From NCBI GenBank assembly GCA_021813555.1, contig JAKAKG010000222.1:1-60472 (forward strand): a stretch of DNA of 60,472 nt, written 5' to 3'. The notes beneath the pieces are model-generated. The model was given only the letters and a program-made list of their open reading frames with translations, did not search any database and was not told the DNA's origin. Positions 8,862-17,832 of this stretch are shown here, one piece after another (position 1 is the stretch's first letter; every line of letters starts with the position of its first letter). The position numbers and the translations under genes are program-made. The DNA comes from Acidobacteriota bacterium (GTDB lineage: Bacteria; Acidobacteriota; UBA4820; DSQY01).

Positions 8862-11036
8862 ATGGACCGTAGAACGTTCATGCAAGTGACCGGCGCAGGC
8901 GCGGCCGCCACGGCCCTGATCACCCAGACTGGATGCCTAAAATACTTTGAGAAGGGCACGGCGCAGGAGGCCGCGCCCACGGTGGTTCCCACCACCTGCG
9001 AGGTGTGCCCGAACAAATGTTCCGTGCTGGCGGTGGCGGAGGGCGGCGTGGTTCACAAGCTCAACCCGAACGCCGAGAGCCCGCGATCGAGAGGCATGCT
9101 CTGTGCCCGAGGGAACGCCGCCATCAAACAGGTGTATGACCCCGATCGTATCAAGCAGCCATTGATTCGCGCCGGCGCCAGGGGCGAAGGAAAGTGGCGC
9201 GCGGTTTCCTGGGATGAAGCCTGGGACTACGCCGCCAAGAAGCTTTCTGAGATCAAATCGAAGTACGGCCCCGAAGGGACCCTGTGGTCCTCCACCGAGG
9301 GGTTTCAAGAGGTCTTCTTCAAGAATCTCGGCTTGGCCCTGGGCTCTCCCAACATCGTCCGCCACCCCACCTTGTGCCTCGCCTCCGTGAACCTGGCCTA
9401 CTCGGCCACCTTCGGCACGGTCCCGGCCTTCGACATGGAGAACGCGGACTACGTCATCATGTCCGGCGCCAACCGCTTCGAGGCCATCATCATCCCCGAC
9501 ACCATGGACCTCATCGGCTCGGTCATGCTCAAGAAGGCCAAGCTCGTTTATCTGGACCCGCGCTTTACGGTGACGGCCGCCAAGGCCGACCACTGGTATC
9601 CCATCCGGCCCGGGACGGACCTGGCCTTCATTCTCGCCATGATCAACGTCATCGTGGGCGAGGGCCGGTATGACAAGGACTTCGTGGCCACCTACACCAC
9701 GGGCTTCGACAAGCTCTCCGACCACGTGCGCCAATACACGCCCGACTGGGCCGAGAAGGAAACGGAGATCGCCGCCCGGGACATCGTCCGTACGGCCCGG
9801 GAGTTCGCTGACGCCGCGCCGCGCGCCGTCTACTACGCGGGCCGCCGCAGCTCCTGGTACACCAACGACTTCCAGATGCGGCGCGCCCAGGCCATCCTCA
9901 ACGCCATCGTGGGCAACTGGGACCGCGAGGGAGGCATGGTGCCCAACGCCAAGATCTCCATGGGCGAATATCTTTTCCTCCCGTGGGACGATCCCAAGGC
10001 GGGGCGCGTGGACGAGATCGACAAGAATTTCCCCCTCTCCGCCAAGGGCGACGGTGCCTATCTCAAACTTCGGGAGAACGTGCTCTCGGGGCAGCCCTAT
10101 CCGGTGAAGGGCTGGATGGTCTACAAGCAGGATCCCATGAACGCCCTGCCGGAGCAGGCCAAGACCATCAAGATGCTCGAGCAGATGGACTTCGTGGGCG
10201 TCATCGACTTCCAGATGAGCGATACGGCCTGGTACGCGGACGTGGTCTTCCCCGAATCTCACTACCTGGAGCGCACGGACCCCATGGAGATGATGCCGGG
10301 CATCTGGCCCGCCGTCGTCTACCGGCAGCAGGTTGTGAAGCCCATCCACGACACCAAGCCCAACCTGGAGATCATTCAAGGTCTGGCCAAGCGCCTCAAC
10401 GTCTCGGACTATTTCGACTACACCATGAAGGACTGGGTCGAGGCGCAGGCGAAGGACGTGCCCGTGGAGAACGCCTTCGACTACCTTCAGAAGCACGGCG
10501 TGGTCACCACCGGCGGCTTCCCGAAATACGGTACGACGCTCAAGCCGGACCACCGGTTCATCACCAAGAGCGGGAAAATCGAACTCTTCTCCGACCGGCT
10601 CCAGGAAAGCGGCTACGATCCGCTTCCCGTCTACAAGCCCCCCGTGGAGCCCCAGCCGGGGCAGTTCCGCGTGGTCCTGGGCAGGCGGGCTTACTACACC
10701 CACGCGAACAACACGAACAATCCGTGGCTTCACGAGTTCGCCCCCGAAAACCACCTCTGGATCAATCCCGACCCGGCGCAGCGGATGGGGATCCAGACGG
10801 GGGACCTCCTGGAGGTCTCCAGCAAGGTGGGGACCGTGCGGATCAAGGCGCGCGTCACCGACGAGATCCGTCCCGACTGCGTGTTCATGCTCCACGGGTT
10901 TGGCAAGCGGTCGCAGTGGCAGAAGCTGGCCTACGACAACGGCGCCAGCGACGCCCAGATTCTCGAAACGGCGTGGGACCAGGTCTCGGGCAACGCGGCG
11001 TTCCACGAAACCTTCGTGAACATCCGCAAGGTCTGA
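8862..11036 (+). CDS. psrA: Polysulfide/thiosulfate reductase catalytic subunit (PsrA/PhsA-like Mo-bisPGD enzyme)
   Basis: Tat motif DRRTFM, possible lipobox TGC, [4Fe-4S] CEVCPNKC..C, likely Mo-ligand Cys in HPTLCLAS, 'TKSGKIEL', C-terminal MPT dinucleotide domain. An alternative start exists at 8847. Confidence 0.82.
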   Translation: MDRRTFMQVTGAGAAATALITQTGCLKYFEKGTAQEAAPTVVPTTCEVCPNKCSVLAVAEGGVVHKLNPNAESPRSRGMLCARGNAAIKQVYDPDRIKQPLIRAGARGEGKWRAVSWDEAWDYAAKKLSEIKSKYGPEGTLWSSTEGFQEVFFKNLGLALGSPNIVRHPTLCLASVNLAYSATFGTVPAFDMENADYVIMSGANRFEAIIIPDTMDLIGSVMLKKAKLVYLDPRFTVTAAKADHWYPIRPGTDLAFILAMINVIVGEGRYDKDFVATYTTGFDKLSDHVRQYTPDWAEKETEIAARDIVRTAREFADAAPRAVYYAGRRSSWYTNDFQMRRAQAILNAIVGNWDREGGMVPNAKISMGEYLFLPWDDPKAGRVDEIDKNFPLSAKGDGAYLKLRENVLSGQPYPVKGWMVYKQDPMNALPEQAKTIKMLEQMDFVGVIDFQMSDTAWYADVVFPESHYLERTDPMEMMPGIWPAVVYRQQVVKPIHDTKPNLEIIQGLAKRLNVSDYFDYTMKDWVEAQAKDVPVENAFDYLQKHGVVTTGGFPKYGTTLKPDHRFITKSGKIELFSDRLQESGYDPLPVYKPPVEPQPGQFRVVLGRRAYYTHANNTNNPWLHEFAPENHLWINPDPAQRMGIQTGDLLEVSSKVGTVRIKARVTDEIRPDCVFMLHGFGKRSQWQKLAYDNGASDAQILETAWDQVSGNAAFHETFVNIRKV

Positions 11037-11046
11037 GGGGACGACG

Positions 11047-11604
11047 ATGGCTGACCAAAAGAAAAAGAAGCGCTACGCGCTCGTGCTCGACTCGAAGAAG
11101 TGCATCAACTGCAAGGCCTGCGTGGTGGCGTGCAAGGCTGAAAACGGCGTCCCCGTGGGCAAGTTCCGGAACTGGATCGACGAGGAGAAGCGGGGCTCCT
11201 ACCCCAAGCTCCTCATGACCTTCGATCCCGGCCAGTGCATGCACTGCGAGAACCCCTCCTGCGTCAGGGTTTGCCCCACGGGAGCTTCGTGGCAGAGAGC
11301 GGACGGCATCGTTCTGGTGAACTACTCGGACTGCATCGGCTGCCGCTATTGCATGATCGCCTGTCCCTACAACGCCCGCTACTTCCGGGAGGACCTGGGG
11401 GTGGTGGACAAGTGCACCTTCTGCGTGCAGAGGGTGGACAAGGGCCAGCCGCCGGCGTGCGTGGAGACCTGCCCCTCCAAGGTGCGGGTCTTCGGAGACC
11501 TGGACGACCCGCAGGGAGAGCTCCACGATCTCCTCTCCACGCGGCGCTACCTGGTCAAGAAAGCGGAAACGGGCAACGGCCCGCAGTTGTATTACCTGCT
11601 GTAG
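11047..11604 (+). CDS. psrB: 4x[4Fe-4S] electron-transfer subunit (PsrB/NrfC-like)
   Basis: CINCKACVVAC, CMHCENPSCVRVCP, CIGCRYCMIACP, KCTFC..PACVETCP. Confidence 0.85.
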   Translation: MADQKKKKRYALVLDSKKCINCKACVVACKAENGVPVGKFRNWIDEEKRGSYPKLLMTFDPGQCMHCENPSCVRVCPTGASWQRADGIVLVNYSDCIGCRYCMIACPYNARYFREDLGVVDKCTFCVQRVDKGQPPACVETCPSKVRVFGDLDDPQGELHDLLSTRRYLVKKAETGNGPQLYYLL

Positions 11605-11614
11605 GGAGAGAGCC

Positions 11615-12574
11615 ATGCAGACCATCGAATGGGGTTTCCTGATCGTCAATTACCTATTCCTGGGCGGGCTTTCGGCGGGCATCTTTTTCGTCTCGGCCCT
11701 CGCCACCTACCTTCAGGAGAACGGCCAGCCGGCCTATCCGCGCATCGCCAAGTACGGAGCCATGATGGCCCCCTGGCCCGTGGCCTTCGGGTCGTTCCTG
11801 CTGATCTTCGACCTGGGCAACTGGTACCGGTTCTACAAGCTCTTCGTCACCTTTCGCTGGGAGAGCCCCATGTCCATCGGCTCCTGGCTGCTCATGATCT
11901 TCACGACCCTCACGTTCCTTTACTTCTGGTCGTGGCTGCCCGCCGAGTTCCGCCAGAAGCTCTTCGCCCTGGTCCCCAAACGCCTGGCCTTCCTCAACCG
12001 CCTGAACGTGGATCTCTCCGGGTGGAGCCGTCCCCTGGCCATGGCGGGATTTCCCTTCGCCGTGGGCGTGGGCATTTACACGGGCGTGCTCCTGGGAGCC
12101 GTCCAGGCCCGGCCCTTCTGGAACACCAACCTGGTGGCCCAGATGTTTCTCTTCTCGGCCCTCTCCACGGGCACGGCGGCTCTCATCCTGGCCCTTTCCT
12201 TCAACAAGAAGAGCCTCGATTTCAAGCAGGTGCGGTTCCTCTACACGCTGGACATCTGCTTCATCATCCTGGAGTTCTTCATCGTCCTGCCCTACCTCAT
12301 CCACGGGAAGCTCTCGGTCCTGGCCGTGCAGGAGGCGCTGAAACTCATTCTGGGAGGCCCGTACACGCTCGCCTTCTGGCTCTTCTTCCTGGGGCTGGGG
12401 CTCCTGCTCCCGCTGGCCATCGAACTGTGGGAGATGGCCCCCGTCTTCCGGCAGAAGAGCACGATCCATCACAACAAACCCTTGGCCTCCGCGGCCGCGC
12501 TCCTGGTTCTGGCGGGCGGCTACCTGTTGAGGTTCATCTTCGTCTATGCCGGCCAAATCAGCGCGTTCAAGTGA
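11615..12574 (+). CDS. psrC: NrfD/PsrC membrane anchor
   Basis: 'WGFLIVNYLFLGGLSAG', 'DLG', 'SPMSIGSW', 'YTGVLL', ~8 TM helices. Confidence 0.85.
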   Translation: MQTIEWGFLIVNYLFLGGLSAGIFFVSALATYLQENGQPAYPRIAKYGAMMAPWPVAFGSFLLIFDLGNWYRFYKLFVTFRWESPMSIGSWLLMIFTTLTFLYFWSWLPAEFRQKLFALVPKRLAFLNRLNVDLSGWSRPLAMAGFPFAVGVGIYTGVLLGAVQARPFWNTNLVAQMFLFSALSTGTAALILALSFNKKSLDFKQVRFLYTLDICFIILEFFIVLPYLIHGKLSVLAVQEALKLILGGPYTLAFWLFFLGLGLLLPLAIELWEMAPVFRQKSTIHHNKPLASAAALLVLAGGYLLRFIFVYAGQISAFK

Positions 12575-12593
12575 GGGAGGAGGCTTGGGAACG

Positions 12594-13247
12594 ATGGACA
12601 ACAGCGGCAGAGAGGATCTGATAGGCGCCCTCTCGGAGGTCTTCAGCATCCTGTCCGAGGTGTTCCTTGAGCCCGAGGCGGACGTGAAGGTGCGGCTCGC
12701 GGGCGTGATCGGGCGCTGTCCCGAGAGGTGCCCCGGGCTGGACGGCCTTCCCGGGGCCTTGGCCTCCATGGTCGAGCACTGCGGCAAGCCTCAGCACCAA
12801 GCCGTGGAGTACGTCCGCCTCTTTCTCCACGGGAACGGGAACGCCACCGTGCATCCTTACGAGTCGGTGTTCACCTACAACCGGCTCATGGCCCCCGAGT
12901 GCCTCGGCGACCTGAAGGCCCTGCATGAATCCGCGGGCATTCGGCCCCGCAAGGGGCTCACCCTGCCGCAGGATCACCTGGGGCTCGAGCTGGAATTCCT
13001 TTCGTATATCCTCGCCGGGTTCGCGCAGGCGGAGGACGCGGAGGAGCAGGAGCGGTGGCGGGAGACGGCCGGGGTCCTCCTGCGCCGCCACCTGGTCCCC
13101 TTCGGGCGCCAGTTCGTGAGGAAGCTGGGGGATGCGCAGCCCAACCCCTACTTCGCCAGCGCGGGGGACGCCCTCGTGGAAGGGCTCCACGCCTGCACCC
13201 TCCTTCTGGGCATCGACATGGAAGCGCCTGCGGGTTCCGATCACTAG
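12594..13247 (+). CDS. TorD/DmsD-family molybdoenzyme chaperone
   Basis: 'YVRLF', 'PYESVF', 'PQDHLGLELEFL', 'HL'. Confidence 0.85.
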   Translation: MDNSGREDLIGALSEVFSILSEVFLEPEADVKVRLAGVIGRCPERCPGLDGLPGALASMVEHCGKPQHQAVEYVRLFLHGNGNATVHPYESVFTYNRLMAPECLGDLKALHESAGIRPRKGLTLPQDHLGLELEFLSYILAGFAQAEDAEEQERWRETAGVLLRRHLVPFGRQFVRKLGDAQPNPYFASAGDALVEGLHACTLLLGIDMEAPAGSDH

Positions 13248-13519
13248 CAGGCTGCTGAGAAACTCCCGTGGGTCGCGTTGCCAGCGCCACGGGCCCGGAT
13301 GCAAGGCGCCGCGACGCCGTCGATGCCTTGCACATCGTCTAGGAGCGGCAACACGGCAGGCGGGCCCGTGCCGCGGCAACCCTTCGGGCGCAAGGGATTG
13401 GGGGCCATCTGCGTTGTTGCGGCTCCTAGGAAGGGGGCCCACCCTGCCGTCGTCGCCGCGCCTAGCCTATGGCCCCCAAGCCTCTTGCGCGCGGCCCATG
13501 CGAGTTTTTCAGCAGCCTG
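13248..13519. mobile_element. 272-bp MITE-like non-autonomous element with terminal inverted repeats and flanking CTAG
   Basis: Left end CAGGCTGCTGAGAAACTC, right end GAGTTTTTCAGCAGCCTG (17/18 complementary). CTAG at 13244-13247 and 13520-13523. No transposase ORF. Confidence 0.8.
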
Positions 13520-13527
13520 CTAGACGT

Positions 13528-13574
13528 TTAGGGGCGGGCCTTTGGCGGGCCCGCCCCCTTTCCCCCTAAAAAAA
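13528..13574. terminator. Terminator-like hairpin between convergent operons
   Basis: AGGGGCGGGCC-TTTGGCG-GGCCCGCCCCT followed by TT, plus an A7 tract (U-tract on the minus strand). Confidence 0.65.
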
Positions 13575-13591
13575 CACAGCGGCTCTCACCG

Positions 13592-14107
13592 TCAGGATTG
13601 CTCCTCCTGCCACCAGCCCAGCCTGGGCGACTCGGCGCAGTCGTGGGAGGGCAGATAAGGCTTGATGTCCAGAAGCGGAGTGTGGTCGCAGAGGTCCGCG
13701 CCCAGGACATGGAGGTCTCCCCCCTCGCGCTTCACCAGCTCCACCAGAGTAAGGCCGAGGGGATTGGGCCGCCTCGGCGACCGGGTGGCGAAGACCCCAT
13801 GTTCCATGTCCCGCTCCTTGGGCTTCACCAGAAGGTCGAAGCCGTCACTCCTGTGAAGGAGAACGATCAGCCACAGGTGGCTGAACCCCTCCAGGTCCTT
13901 GAGCCCCGACACGTAGTCGGGAAAGACGTGGACCGTAGATCTCCCGATGCGCTTGAAGTGGCGCGGCGCTTCCACGGGCGTCGAAAAGGGGGCGCGTATG
14001 ACCCCGATGGGCCGCACGCGCCAGCTCAGGCTCGGCCCGCCCCCTTCGGGGCATGGGGCCTCCAGTGCGGCCGCGTGTTCAAGGTCTGGCGGCTTGGGCC
14101 GGCTCAT
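13592..14107 (-). CDS. tsaA: TsaA/TrmO-like SAM-binding protein (tRNA m6t6A37 methyltransferase family, single domain)
   Basis: 'RPIGVIR', 'GLKDLEGFSHLW', 'GVFATRSPRRPNPLGLT', 'TPLLDIKPY'. Confidence 0.85.
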   Translation of the reverse strand: MSRPKPPDLEHAAALEAPCPEGGGPSLSWRVRPIGVIRAPFSTPVEAPRHFKRIGRSTVHVFPDYVSGLKDLEGFSHLWLIVLLHRSDGFDLLVKPKERDMEHGVFATRSPRRPNPLGLTLVELVKREGGDLHVLGADLCDHTPLLDIKPYLPSHDCAESPRLGWWQEEQS

Positions 14108-14732
14108 GGCCTTCCCCCTTCCCCGTTTCATAGCCCGTGATCATCGCTCTCAGCAGGCTCCACGGCGTCGTTCCCGTGGTGGCGAGGTAGATGTGGCCGA
14201 TGAGGAAGGCGAGGAACAGGTAGGCGCCCAGGGTGTGGGCGGGGCCCAGAACTCTCAGTCCGCCGACGCGTTCGAAGGTGGCCGGCCAGCGGTTGGCTCC
14301 CCACATGAGGACGCCCGTGATGATCTGGAAGGGCAGCAGGATGTTCAGGAGCGCCAGGTAGGTGACCTTCTGAAGGGGATTGAGCTTGTGCCTGGGGTCC
14401 GTCTCGTAGGGGTGCGGCTCGCCCTTGAAGATGCCGTACAGGTAGAAGCGCGCTTGCCGGACTGCTCCCCCGGTGAAGTCGTCCATCTCGGGCAGGAAGT
14501 GGTGATACTTGTTCGCCGTCAAATGGTAGAAGAGGCCGAGGAAGGCGTTCAGGATCAGGGCGAATCCGATCCATGAGTGCCAGCTCACGGCGTGGGCCAT
14601 GGACCCGAGGATGCCGAAGCGGTCGGGGTAATGGATGGCGAAGCCGCTGAGGATCAGCATGATCATGGCCGCCGCCTGGAGCCAGTGCCAGATCCGCTCG
14701 TGAAGGGCGTAGAGGGGTTTGGACGCGCTCAT
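14079..14732 (-). CDS. Dihaem cytochrome b (PhsC/FdnI-like) membrane subunit
   Basis: 'ERIWHW', 'WHSWIG', 'KLNPLQK', 'AHTL..GHIYL', 4 TM helices; ATGA overlap with the upstream multihaem gene. Confidence 0.85.
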   Translation of the reverse strand: MSASKPLYALHERIWHWLQAAAMIMLILSGFAIHYPDRFGILGSMAHAVSWHSWIGFALILNAFLGLFYHLTANKYHHFLPEMDDFTGGAVRQARFYLYGIFKGEPHPYETDPRHKLNPLQKVTYLALLNILLPFQIITGVLMWGANRWPATFERVGGLRVLGPAHTLGAYLFLAFLIGHIYLATTGTTPWSLLRAMITGYETGKGEGHEPAQAARP

Positions 14733-16861
14733 GACCTGCCTCCAAAGAGACGGATGGCTCCGTGAATGAGGGCGAAGAGCAGGGCTCCCGCCACGCTCAG
14801 CCAGCCCAGCCACTCGATCCACGTGGCCCTGCTGTTGCCGATGATGTAGAAGGAACTCAGAAGGGGCCTGTTGTTGAAGGTGGGCATCTTTCCTTTGTAG
14901 TTGACCACGTTTACGGGCTTGCCGCCGTAGATGACGGGCACGTCCTTGGGCAGGGCGTCGTCCAGGTCCAGGGGGCGGTGGAGGATGCTGTTCTTGGCGT
15001 GGCAGGCGGTGCAGTCCTTGGTGGCCTGTTCCTTCCCCACGATGCTGTGGCTCATGGCCCACGGAACGATCTCGATGCGCAGCTCGGGGTCGGTGATGCC
15101 CGCGTATTTCTGCAGGAGGCCCTTCACTAGGGCGATCTTTTCGGGCGTGGTGTAGAGGGCCTGGGCTCGGTCGATGATGCCGTCCTTGTCCCCGAACTCC
15201 TTCACGATCTCGGGGCGGTAGGTCCAGCCGTTGGACTTGTCCCAACTTTCGAAGAAGGCCTTCTGAACCTGCCAGGTGAACACGGGCCGGCCCTTGGCCT
15301 TGTCAAACCAGTAGACGCCCGTAATGAGGTTGGTGGGCCGGATTTGGAGATGGCCGTCCTTGGCGGGCGTGGGGACGTAGGCCGGCTGGAAGCCCGTGAC
15401 CTTGGAGTCGGGATCCACGATATCGCCGTCGATGCCGCGGAAGGTGATCCGGCTCGTGCCCGTATCCATCAGGAAGCCCCACTCATCGCTGCGGTAGGCC
15501 CAGAAATGGATGGCGGGGATGTGGCAGGTCTGGCAGGCCAGGGCCTTGAAGTGGAGGCTCTTGTAGGGCAAGAAGGCGTGGGTTTTCTCCGCGTCGTGGC
15601 AGTCGGCACATCCCCGCATGGTGTTGTGACGGCTCATGTTCACGGTCTCGGGCGGGATGTTGCCCCGGGCGAAGTTGTGGTCGGGGCGCTTGAGGTAGAT
15701 GGCGATGTCCTCGCTCACGGGCTTGTACTTCAACTGCTTTTCGGGATCCTCCTGGATCTTGCGGCCGGGGTTGTTGGGCGAGAAGTGGCAATCGATGCAG
15801 ATAAGCCCCTTGGCGGCGTGCACGTCCCAGGGAAAATTCATCTTGTCCTTGCCCACGATGTGGGGGGAGACGGTGTCGCTGATCTTGGCGCCGTTGTAGA
15901 TCCATCCTGCCTTCTCCGTGCCCCTCATGATGTCGGCGTGCTGGATGGGCTGGATGGTGGTGGCATCCCGCGCGGTGAAGCCGTGGCACTTGGCGCAGTT
16001 TTCGAGGGTGGGATCGGACAGGTTGAGGACCTCCTGCTTCACCGTTCCGTCGGCGTTGAACGCGGCGCGGTCATAGAGAAAGGCGCCTTTGGCGTCCTTG
16101 GTCACGATGCCCGTCTGGGAGAGGGTGGCGTTGTTGGCCCACCTGAAGTTCCCCGCGCTCATCTCCTCCCGCCGCGCCCCTCGGCTGGCCTTGGGCACGT
16201 GGCAGATGAAGCAGTCGCCTTCGGCCGTGCCGCTCTTCTCCCAGTCCCAGGGGATGACTTTGCCAGACTCGCGGTCCCGGATGGTGTAGCTCGGGTCCAG
16301 CGGCCCCTTGGCCTTGGCGTCCGGCGACAGAAATTTGCGGCCGTAGAGGTCGTACTCGGAAATGCCTCCGCCCGTGTGGCATACGCCGCATTTGGTGAGC
16401 CACTCGGGCTGGCTCATGTCCGCGTCCGCCGCGTCCGTGATGCCCGCGTGGGTGAGCTGGCGGTTGGGGATGATGGAGAACTTTCCGAACATGCCGGGGG
16501 ACGAGTTGAAGGGAGCGATTCCGTGGGCTTTCAGGAGGGCCGGATCCATCTCGGTCTTACCCTGCTGAAAGTGGAAGCTGTTGGTGATGAAGTCGTAGTC
16601 GTGGCAGTCCCCCCCGCACGTCTGGCGGGTGCTGATGGGGTTGCCCGTGTCCAGCACGTTCTTCCCCGCCGCGTCCTTCAGCACCAGGGCTGGATGGAGC
16701 AGCTTGGGGGGAGCGGGCTGATCGCCTGCTTGCTTCATTCCTGGGTCCTGCCCCGCCATGGTGGCGATGCCCAGCACCGCCGCCAGGACCAGGAGGGCGG
16801 GAGACACACCTACCCTGTCGTCCCGCCGCCCGTGGAGGCGGGACCCTGCGTCACGAATCAT
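14729..16861 (-). CDS. Octahaem c-type cytochrome, Otr (tetrathionate reductase)-like, with C-terminal membrane anchor
   Basis: 7 CxxCH plus one CxxxCH (CGGDCH); Otr-like context motifs 'DVH..CIDCH', 'ACQTCHIP', 'SH.I..K..A..CTACH'. Confidence 0.78.
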   Translation of the reverse strand: MIRDAGSRLHGRRDDRVGVSPALLVLAAVLGIATMAGQDPGMKQAGDQPAPPKLLHPALVLKDAAGKNVLDTGNPISTRQTCGGDCHDYDFITNSFHFQQGKTEMDPALLKAHGIAPFNSSPGMFGKFSIIPNRQLTHAGITDAADADMSQPEWLTKCGVCHTGGGISEYDLYGRKFLSPDAKAKGPLDPSYTIRDRESGKVIPWDWEKSGTAEGDCFICHVPKASRGARREEMSAGNFRWANNATLSQTGIVTKDAKGAFLYDRAAFNADGTVKQEVLNLSDPTLENCAKCHGFTARDATTIQPIQHADIMRGTEKAGWIYNGAKISDTVSPHIVGKDKMNFPWDVHAAKGLICIDCHFSPNNPGRKIQEDPEKQLKYKPVSEDIAIYLKRPDHNFARGNIPPETVNMSRHNTMRGCADCHDAEKTHAFLPYKSLHFKALACQTCHIPAIHFWAYRSDEWGFLMDTGTSRITFRGIDGDIVDPDSKVTGFQPAYVPTPAKDGHLQIRPTNLITGVYWFDKAKGRPVFTWQVQKAFFESWDKSNGWTYRPEIVKEFGDKDGIIDRAQALYTTPEKIALVKGLLQKYAGITDPELRIEIVPWAMSHSIVGKEQATKDCTACHAKNSILHRPLDLDDALPKDVPVIYGGKPVNVVNYKGKMPTFNNRPLLSSFYIIGNSRATWIEWLGWLSVAGALLFALIHGAIRLFGGRS

Positions 16862-16902
16862 GAGTTTTCTCCTTGGCTCTGTTCAGCCCCTAGTGGTTCG
16901 CG

Positions 16903-17832
16903 TCAGTGGGCCGCCTCTTGAAGGGCCTTGATGAGGTTGTCGAAGAGCGCGGTGTAGGACTTGGCTCCAGGGATTCCCTCGATGGAGGAGGCCACCTCGA
17001 TAACCTTCAGGCCCGGCTCCTGCCGGAACGCCTTGCCGTATTCGGGGGGCGTGCTGGGATCCACGATGACGATCTGGGCCTTCATCTCCTTCACGTGGTC
17101 AAGAAGGAGCTTGGGCGTGGGGAGGACGCCAGGGGTTCCCTTGCACACCACGAAGGTGGGCCCGCCGAGCTTGGAAAAATTCTGCCAGCCGCACTGGGCG
17201 CTGAAGATGCGCAGATTCGAGAGGGGCTCCAGTTCCTTCTTCCAGCGGGCGATGTCTCCGGCCACGGCCTTCTGGAAGGCCTCGGCGTTGGCGAGGAAGT
17301 AGGCCCTCTTGTCGGGCCTCAAGTCGCCCAGGCCCTCCGCCGCCGCCCGGGCGATGGTGGCTCCGTTCTGGGGGTTGAGCCAGAAGAAGGGGTCCCCTTC
17401 CATCTGGGAGGGGTCCACGTACCCGAAGCACGTGGAGGTGGGGACGTTGACCCTCGTTGCGCCTTTGGAGACGTCGATCCAGCCCGCGCTGGCTTCCTTC
17501 GAGGATGCCGCTGGTGTGCCCTTGTCGAGGGCCGCGTTGATGGCCGCCGACTCGTTGAAGAATCCCGTCCAAACCACCGCGTCGGCCTTGGCCAGCCTCG
17601 CGCGCACGGCGGACTCCACGGCCAGGTTCTTTCTGAGGATGCACCCCTTGAACAGGCTGAAGGTGTCCACCTGGTTGCCGCCCACGACTTTGACGATGGC
17701 CTCGATGTCCGGCTCCGTCACGGCCACCTGTAGTTTCCCTCCCGGCCCGGCCAGCACGGCCGAGGTCCCCAGGACCCATGTCGCCGCCGCGCAGAGGGCC
17801 AGCCGGCCCCATGAACTCCGTGTCGTTGTCAT
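16903..17832 (-). CDS. Orphan ZnuA/TroA-fold periplasmic binding protein lacking the canonical His ligands
   Basis: Signal peptide, 'IVKVVGG..V', 'LAKADAVVWTG', 'GDPFFWLNP', 'YFLANAEAF', 'PGVLPTP'; GGAGG RBS and TGATG overlap. Confidence 0.75.
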   Translation of the reverse strand: MTTTRSSWGRLALCAAATWVLGTSAVLAGPGGKLQVAVTEPDIEAIVKVVGGNQVDTFSLFKGCILRKNLAVESAVRARLAKADAVVWTGFFNESAAINAALDKGTPAASSKEASAGWIDVSKGATRVNVPTSTCFGYVDPSQMEGDPFFWLNPQNGATIARAAAEGLGDLRPDKRAYFLANAEAFQKAVAGDIARWKKELEPLSNLRIFSAQCGWQNFSKLGGPTFVVCKGTPGVLPTPKLLLDHVKEMKAQIVIVDPSTPPEYGKAFRQEPGLKVIEVASSIEGIPGAKSYTALFDNLIKALQEAAH

